Positions 58,389-64,000 of a stretch of DNA of 64,000 bases are shown here, in pieces (the stretch's first letter is position 1; each line of letters begins with the position of its first letter). A program made the translations under genes and the position numbers. The notes under the pieces are model-generated. The model was not told where the DNA came from and did not search any database. It saw only the letters and a list, made by a program, of their open reading frames with translations. Source of the stretch: Chloroflexota bacterium (GTDB taxonomy: Bacteria; Chloroflexota; UBA11872; VXOZ01); NCBI GenBank assembly GCA_965221905.1, contig OZ244922.1, positions 2,336,001 through 2,400,000 on the forward strand, given 5' to 3'.

Positions 58389-61082
58389 CTATCTATCGGC
58401 GGTTGCTTGGTTTTCGAGCGTTGCTTGCGCCGCGGCAAGACGAGCCACCGGAACGCGATACGGCGAGCATGAAACGTAGTCCAGCCCTGCCTCGTGGCAG
58501 AAGTGAATAGAACTGGGGTCGCCCCCATGCTCTCCACAAATGCCGACTTCAAGGTCAGGACGGGTCTTCTTGCCCTCTGAAACCGCGATTGAAACCAGGC
58601 GGCCTACGCCGTCGCGGTCAAGAACCTGGAATGGATTCTCCGGCAAAATGGCGTTCTCCACATAGTTTAGGAGAAACTTACCTTCAGCATCGTCGCGCGA
58701 GTACCCATACGTCGTTTGGGTCAAGTCATTGGTGCCGAAGCTAAAGAACTCCGCATGCACAGCCACTGCTGAGGCCGTAAGCGCGGCGCGCGGCACCTCG
58801 ATCATGGTGCCGAACTTGTAGGCCACGCTGCTTCCACGCTCTTGTTCGACGTTCTTCGCAATGCGTTGGAGTTGCTCCTGCAAGACACCGAGTTCATTCG
58901 CGTGGCTGACGAGCGGAATCATGATTTCAGGGTGGGGGTCGCCGCCTTCTTCCTTCATGGCAAGCGCCGCCTCCAAGATCGCGCGCACCTGCATCTCGTA
59001 AATCTCAGGATACTCGAGACCGAGCCGGCACCCGCGCAAGCCAAGCATTGGATTCGCTTCCCGCAACGAAGCGACTTTGTCTAAGAGCGCTTGCTGTTCC
59101 TTTAGGTGTTGTGGGTTCTCCCCCGTAGCCCGCAGGGTGGCGACTTCCTCCAGTAACTCAGCAAAGTCCGGCAGGAATTCATGTAGCGGCGGGTCGAGCA
59201 AGCGGATGACAACGGGCAGGCCTTCCATGGCGTGCAATATTCCTTTGAAGTCATCACGCTGGATTGGCAAGAGTTTGTCCAAGGCCGCCTGACGCTCGCT
59301 GGAACTGCTCGCCAAGATCATCTGCTGCACGATGGGCAAACGCTCCTCTTCAAAGAACATATGCTCCGTGCGGCACAAGCCTATGCCTTGTGCCCCGTAG
59401 CTGCGCGCGAGGGCGGCGTCACGAGGATAGTCCGCATTGGCCCAAACTTCGAGGCGTCGGACAGCGTCCGCCCAGCGCAGCAATTCACTCATCTCTTCTG
59501 TGATTTCGGGCTGGATCAGGGGCACTTGGCCCAAAATCACCTCGCCCGTACTGCCGTTGAGCGATATAAAGTCTCGTTTCTTGACGGTCACGCCGCCGGC
59601 AATGAAGTGTTCACTCTCCATATCGATTCGAATCTCATCGCAACCGGTAATGCAGGGCTTGCCCAGGCCGCGCGCAACGACAGCGGCATGGCTGGTAGCG
59701 CCCCCCCGTGCCGTCAGGATGCCTTGCGACGCAATCATGCCGTGCACGTCATCGGGGCTCGTCTCTGGCCGCACCAGAATCACGCTATGGCCTTGGCGCG
59801 CCACCGATTCCGCCTCATCCGGATCAAAGAACGCCATGCCCACCGCAGCCCCCGGCGAGGCGTTGAGACCCTTTGCAATGACACTCACCTCGGCCTCGGG
59901 ATCAATTCGTGGGTGGAGCAACTGATCGATTTGCTCCGGTTCTACCCGGGAAATAGCTTCATCTTTCGTAATAACGCCCTCGTTGAACATATCGACCGCG
60001 ATTCTTACGGCCGCGCTCGCCGTGCGCTTGCCCGTGCGCGTCTGGAGCATATAGAGCTTCCCGCGCTCGACGGTAAACTCCAAGTCCTGCATCTCCCGAT
60101 AGTGGGTTTCGAGCCGCTGGGCAATCTCAGCAAACTCGTCATAGATTCCCGGCCACACCTCTTGCAGTTTCGCAATTGGCAGCGGGGTGCGGACGCCGGC
60201 GACTACGTCTTCTCCCTGGGCATTTTCGAGAAACTCGCCAAAGAGCGTCGGATCGCCGGTTGATGGATTACGCGTAAAGGCGACACCGGTTCCGGAATCG
60301 CTGCCCATGTTGCCAAAGACCATTGCCTGCACGCTCACGGCCGTGCCGAGGGAATGGGGGATCCTATGGAAATTCCGGTAGTCGATGGCACGCCGATTGT
60401 TCCAAGAAGCAAAGACCGCCTCGATTGCGCCGCGCAACTGGTCTAATGGCGTCGCAGGAAAGACCCGATCGGCCTCACCCTCGACAATACCCTTGAAGCG
60501 TCGCACCGCTTCTTGGAGGTGTTCCACCGTAAGGTCCACATCTTGCTCGATGCCCGCCGATTCCTTGATGGCCTCCAACGCGTGCTCAAAACGATCCTTT
60601 TCGACTTCCAATACGACGTTTCCATACATTTGCACAAAGCGGCGGTATGAATCCCAGGCAAAGCGCTCATTCTGCGTATGCGCGATCACGCCCTCGATCG
60701 TTTCGTCATTGAGGCCTAGATTGAGGATAGTGTCCATCATGCCCGGCATGCTGAACTTCGCGCCGGAACGCACCGAGACCAGCAACGGATTCTCTACGTC
60801 CCCTAACCGCTTGCCGGACTTCCCTTCCAGCTCTTCGAGCGCCTCCAGCGTCTGTTCCCACATGCCGGTTGGAAACTGCTCACTCGACTCGTAGAACGCG
60901 TTGCAGGCTTCCGTAGTAACCACAAATCCAGGCGGCACCGGCAGACCGGCGCGTATCATCTCGGCACAATTCGCACCTTTGCCGCCAAGAAGGTCGCGCA
61001 TGGTCGCGTTACCGTCTTCGAATCGGTACACCCATTTCTTTTGTACATCCACTTGTTTCGCTGCGACTGCCTCTTTTGCCAT
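58389..61082 (-). CDS. ppdK: Pyruvate, phosphate dikinase
   Basis: LLGGKGAN, SVRSGA..SMPGMMDT, GGATSHAAVVARG (phospho-His), GLCRTEHMF, FSFGTNDLTQ, GICGEHGG. Confidence 0.98.
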   Translation of the reverse strand: MAKEAVAAKQVDVQKKWVYRFEDGNATMRDLLGGKGANCAEMIRAGLPVPPGFVVTTEACNAFYESSEQFPTGMWEQTLEALEELEGKSGKRLGDVENPLLVSVRSGAKFSMPGMMDTILNLGLNDETIEGVIAHTQNERFAWDSYRRFVQMYGNVVLEVEKDRFEHALEAIKESAGIEQDVDLTVEHLQEAVRRFKGIVEGEADRVFPATPLDQLRGAIEAVFASWNNRRAIDYRNFHRIPHSLGTAVSVQAMVFGNMGSDSGTGVAFTRNPSTGDPTLFGEFLENAQGEDVVAGVRTPLPIAKLQEVWPGIYDEFAEIAQRLETHYREMQDLEFTVERGKLYMLQTRTGKRTASAAVRIAVDMFNEGVITKDEAISRVEPEQIDQLLHPRIDPEAEVSVIAKGLNASPGAAVGMAFFDPDEAESVARQGHSVILVRPETSPDDVHGMIASQGILTARGGATSHAAVVARGLGKPCITGCDEIRIDMESEHFIAGGVTVKKRDFISLNGSTGEVILGQVPLIQPEITEEMSELLRWADAVRRLEVWANADYPRDAALARSYGAQGIGLCRTEHMFFEEERLPIVQQMILASSSSERQAALDKLLPIQRDDFKGILHAMEGLPVVIRLLDPPLHEFLPDFAELLEEVATLRATGENPQHLKEQQALLDKVASLREANPMLGLRGCRLGLEYPEIYEMQVRAILEAALAMKEEGGDPHPEIMIPLVSHANELGVLQEQLQRIAKNVEQERGSSVAYKFGTMIEVPRAALTASAVAVHAEFFSFGTNDLTQTTYGYSRDDAEGKFLLNYVENAILPENPFQVLDRDGVGRLVSIAVSEGKKTRPDLEVGICGEHGGDPSSIHFCHEAGLDYVSCSPYRVPVARLAAAQATLENQATADR

Positions 61083-61579
61083 GCTCGCGCAAACCTCCAC
61101 GTACTTCTAAATTAAATCGGGGTGCGTACCTGTTGCATCGGTGCGTATGAACTGAGAATCCAAGGGGCATTATAGCATGCATGCGCTCCCAGATTGTGGA
61201 GGACCTACCCCATCGGAAAGCCACGATTCCCAGCCCTCGCGGCTAAGCCATGCGCTAAAATCAATCACTGCCGAGTATTCGTTGTGACAACAAGCGCGTG
61301 ATCTCAGCACTCTAAAGGATGCCTTATTTATCATCTTAGACGCGGTTCAGCAGCATGTGGCCGTACCTCCAGGCTGCGGCAGAAAGCGCGTCAGAATTCA
61401 TCACTGAACGGGCTGCCACAGACTTTCCATGTCTAATATTCTGACCACGCTGTCGCTCATTTCCGCCACATGGTACGATTGGAGCATCGGAAACAGTGCA
61501 ACGTTTCCGGCTCTGTGCCTAGGGCTGCACGTAGCGGTCCTATTTTCCGCGAATCTTCTGCCGGCATCAGGAATCGACT

Positions 61580-62089
61580 GTGAGTGAAATCCTCCTTAGA
61601 GTCAGAATCAAACAAATAGTTTGGCCGCTCCTCGTAACGGCGTTGATCATCATCAGCGACCAGATTACGAAGGCTTTTATTATCGAGTGGCTCAAGCCCC
61701 AAGGCACCGTCTCCATAATCGGCGATCTGCTGCGGCTTACGTTTGTTACGAATAGCGGCGTTGCGTTCGGCATGCTCACGGGTATGCCTTATGTCCTCAC
61801 TATTCCCATCGTTATCCTGATTGGCGTGATCATGTACTATCTTGTCAAGACTTTGGGGCAGTCATTCTTGCTCACCTTGGCGCTGTCACTAGAGCTCGGC
61901 GGCGCGCTAGGAAACTTAATCGATCGAATCCGCCTGGGCTATGTGGTTGACTTTGTAAAGTTTCCGTATTGGCCGGCCTTCAACGTAGCGGACAGTTGCG
62001 TCGTCATCGGCGCCATCGGCCTCGCCTTTGTCCTGCTTTGGCAAGACCGCAAACCTCCAGCCGCAAGCCCTGAATCGTCGCATTCTTGA
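61580..62089 (+). CDS. lspA: Signal peptidase II (lipoprotein signal peptidase)
   Basis: DQITK, N.GVAFG, GGALGNLIDR..LGYVVDF, FNVAD. Confidence 0.96.
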   Translation: MSEILLRVRIKQIVWPLLVTALIIISDQITKAFIIEWLKPQGTVSIIGDLLRLTFVTNSGVAFGMLTGMPYVLTIPIVILIGVIMYYLVKTLGQSFLLTLALSLELGGALGNLIDRIRLGYVVDFVKFPYWPAFNVADSCVVIGAIGLAFVLLWQDRKPPAASPESSHS

Positions 62090-62114
62090 TGCGACTGCCA
62101 GTACACCCCAAGTG

Positions 62115-63068
62115 ATGCCCACGATTCTTCTTACACCGACTCAAGGTGACGCGGGAAAGCGGCTCGACGTTTACATTGCCGGCGCCGAGCCGGATATCAG
62201 CCGCTCGCAAGTGAAACGACTAATGCAGGAGAGCCGCGTTCGCGTTTCAGGGCAACCGGTTGGGCCATCCACAAAAGTACATGCCGGCGTTGTGATTACG
62301 GTCACGATGCCTGACGCCACCGGCCCGATCCTAAAACCCGAACCGCTAAGTGTGCCGATTCTGCACAGTGACGCAGAGATCATTGTGGTTGATAAGCCGG
62401 CAGGATTGGTAGTCCACCCTGGCGCCGGAAAGCCCGGCCAAACTCTCGTCAACCAACTCATCAGCCGCTTTCCCGAGCTCTTGACCGTCGGCGATCCAGT
62501 TCGTCCGGGCGTCGTGCATCGGTTGGATAAAGACACCTCAGGCGCGCTGGTCGTCGCGCGCTCTACGGCTGCCTACGAGCACCTGGTAGCGCAATTTGCT
62601 GCGCGTAGCGTAGAGAAAACCTACCTTGCCCTAGTAGAGGGCGTCCCCACTGTCGAGCGCGGCGTGATCAATGCGCCGGTAGGACGCCTTCCAACGCGCC
62701 GCACCATGATGAGTGTTGTTAATTACGGCAAACCTGCCATCACTCACTTTGCCGTTCTTGAGTCGTTAGGTCGATATACACTCCTTCAAGTAACTCCAGA
62801 TACAGGGCGCACGCACCAGATTCGCGTACACTTGTCCGCAGCCGGATTACCCATTGCAGGTGACTTCCAATATGGCGGCAAAACTCCCTTTACCGGTCTC
62901 AACCGCATGTTCCTCCATGCATTTGCCCTTGGTTTCCTGCATCCGGCTACGCAAGAGAAAGTTAACTTCCGCGCACCCCTTGCCGACGACTTGGCACAGG
63001 CACTGCGCCGGTGCGGCAGCTCGTGGGTAAACAATCGGCAATTTGACCCTTCATTCGAAAGTCCCTAG
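62115..63068 (+). CDS. rluD: RluA-family pseudouridine synthase with S4 domain (RluD)
   Basis: RLDVY, VDKPAGLVVHPG, VHRLDKDTSG, TGRTHQIRVH, LHA..LGF.HP. Confidence 0.93.
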   Translation: MPTILLTPTQGDAGKRLDVYIAGAEPDISRSQVKRLMQESRVRVSGQPVGPSTKVHAGVVITVTMPDATGPILKPEPLSVPILHSDAEIIVVDKPAGLVVHPGAGKPGQTLVNQLISRFPELLTVGDPVRPGVVHRLDKDTSGALVVARSTAAYEHLVAQFAARSVEKTYLALVEGVPTVERGVINAPVGRLPTRRTMMSVVNYGKPAITHFAVLESLGRYTLLQVTPDTGRTHQIRVHLSAAGLPIAGDFQYGGKTPFTGLNRMFLHAFALGFLHPATQEKVNFRAPLADDLAQALRRCGSSWVNNRQFDPSFESP

Positions 63069-63120
63069 GATTAGAAATCGCTAGGTGAATCGTCGCATCT
63101 CACCCAAGAATTGCTAGGTT

Positions 63121-64000
63121 ATGTACGCGCACATTACGGGTTGGGGGAAGGCGCTGCCTGAACAGCGCCTGACAAATGCCGACCTTGAGAAAATGGTGGA
63201 TACTGCGGGCGAGTGGATCGTAAGCCGCACCGGCATACGCGAACGACGCATTGTCTCTGCATCTGATACAACTGATTCGCTAGGCGCCGATGCTGCCAGG
63301 GAGGCGCTGGCGGCGGCCAACCTGAATGCTGAAGACGTGGACATGGTTATCGCAGCCAGTTGCACGCCGGAATCTCTGTTTCCCAGCATCGCCAATCGCA
63401 TTCAGGAACGGCTGGCCCTAAAGCGCGCCGCTGCGCTCGACTTAAATCAGGCGTGCGCCGGATTCATCCACGGGCTCGCCGTTGCGCAGGGATTCATCGT
63501 CTCCGGCCAATACCGGACCGTCCTCGTTATCGGCACGGAGGTGCTCACGCGCCACGTTGACTGGACTGATCGTACGACCTGTGTGCTGTTTGGCGACGCG
63601 GCTGGGGCTGTCGTGGTGCAAGCGTCAGACGAACCTGGGGGGCCTTTGGCCTTCGATCTGGGCTCAGACGGCTCAGGGGGTGACTTGCTGACACTGCCAA
63701 CCAATGGAAAGCTGTTCATGAACGGTCGCGAAGTGTATCGCTTTGCCGTTACCGCCATGACATCTTCGCTGGTTGCCGCCGTTGAAAAAGCCGGCATGAC
63801 GCTGGATCAGATTGATCTCCTCATTCCCCACCAGGCCAACATCCGAATCATTCAGTCCGCCGCCCAGACGCTCGCCTTTCCGCTAGAGAAGGTGTTCACC
63901 AATGTCGAAAAGTATGGCAATACCTCGGCGGCATCGATTCCGGTTGCGCTCTGTGAAGCCATCGAAGAGGGCCGAATTCAGCCCGGCGACGCGATAGCCA
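63121..64000 (+). CDS. fabH: 3-oxoacyl-ACP synthase III, 3'-truncated (absent from the ORF track)
   Basis: Manual translation: MYAHITGWGKALPEQRLTNADLEKMVDT.GEWIVSRTGIRERR, ACAGF, LFGDAAGA, PHQAN, YGNTSAASIP. Confidence 0.96.
   Translation, partial: MYAHITGWGKALPEQRLTNADLEKMVDTAGEWIVSRTGIRERRIVSASDTTDSLGADAAREALAAANLNAEDVDMVIAASCTPESLFPSIANRIQERLALKRAAALDLNQACAGFIHGLAVAQGFIVSGQYRTVLVIGTEVLTRHVDWTDRTTCVLFGDAAGAVVVQASDEPGGPLAFDLGSDGSGGDLLTLPTNGKLFMNGREVYRFAVTAMTSSLVAAVEKAGMTLDQIDLLIPHQANIRIIQSAAQTLAFPLEKVFTNVEKYGNTSAASIPVALCEAIEEGRIQPGDAIA

Overview
Bacterial chromosomal segment of moderately high GC. It is most likely Chloroflexota (inference from the baseplate-J-like/ruvX/mltG trio, the XerD motif RLTRQGFWLILK and the Tat-lipoprotein solute-binding proteins). 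It holds about 50 housekeeping and catabolic genes (partial gltB, rpe, pheA, mltG, ruvX, cadC/cadA, ATP-dependent ligase, pncB, folC, folE, xerD, pcm, ppdK, lspA, rluD, partial fabH) and a tRNA-Pro(UGG). The main result is a complete, apparently intact IS110-family bridge-recombinase element at 8709-9862. It sits at a CT core in the 7th unit of a nine-unit ~62-bp tandem REP-like palindrome array. Its non-coding left end reads as a bridge RNA: one loop matches the REP target (GTTCG[T/C]CCT and GGCTCAG), and the other matches the element's own circle junction (ACAGTT[A/T]C and TAAG). Circularisation would assemble a TTGACA-17-TATCTT promoter. The same REP family is scattered elsewhere, including an in-frame insertion with an 11x18-bp His/acidic tandem repeat inside folC. 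Other oddities are a mosaic tandem duplication of orphan solute-binding proteins, a phosphoesterase with no canonical start codon, and several enzymes with altered signature motifs.
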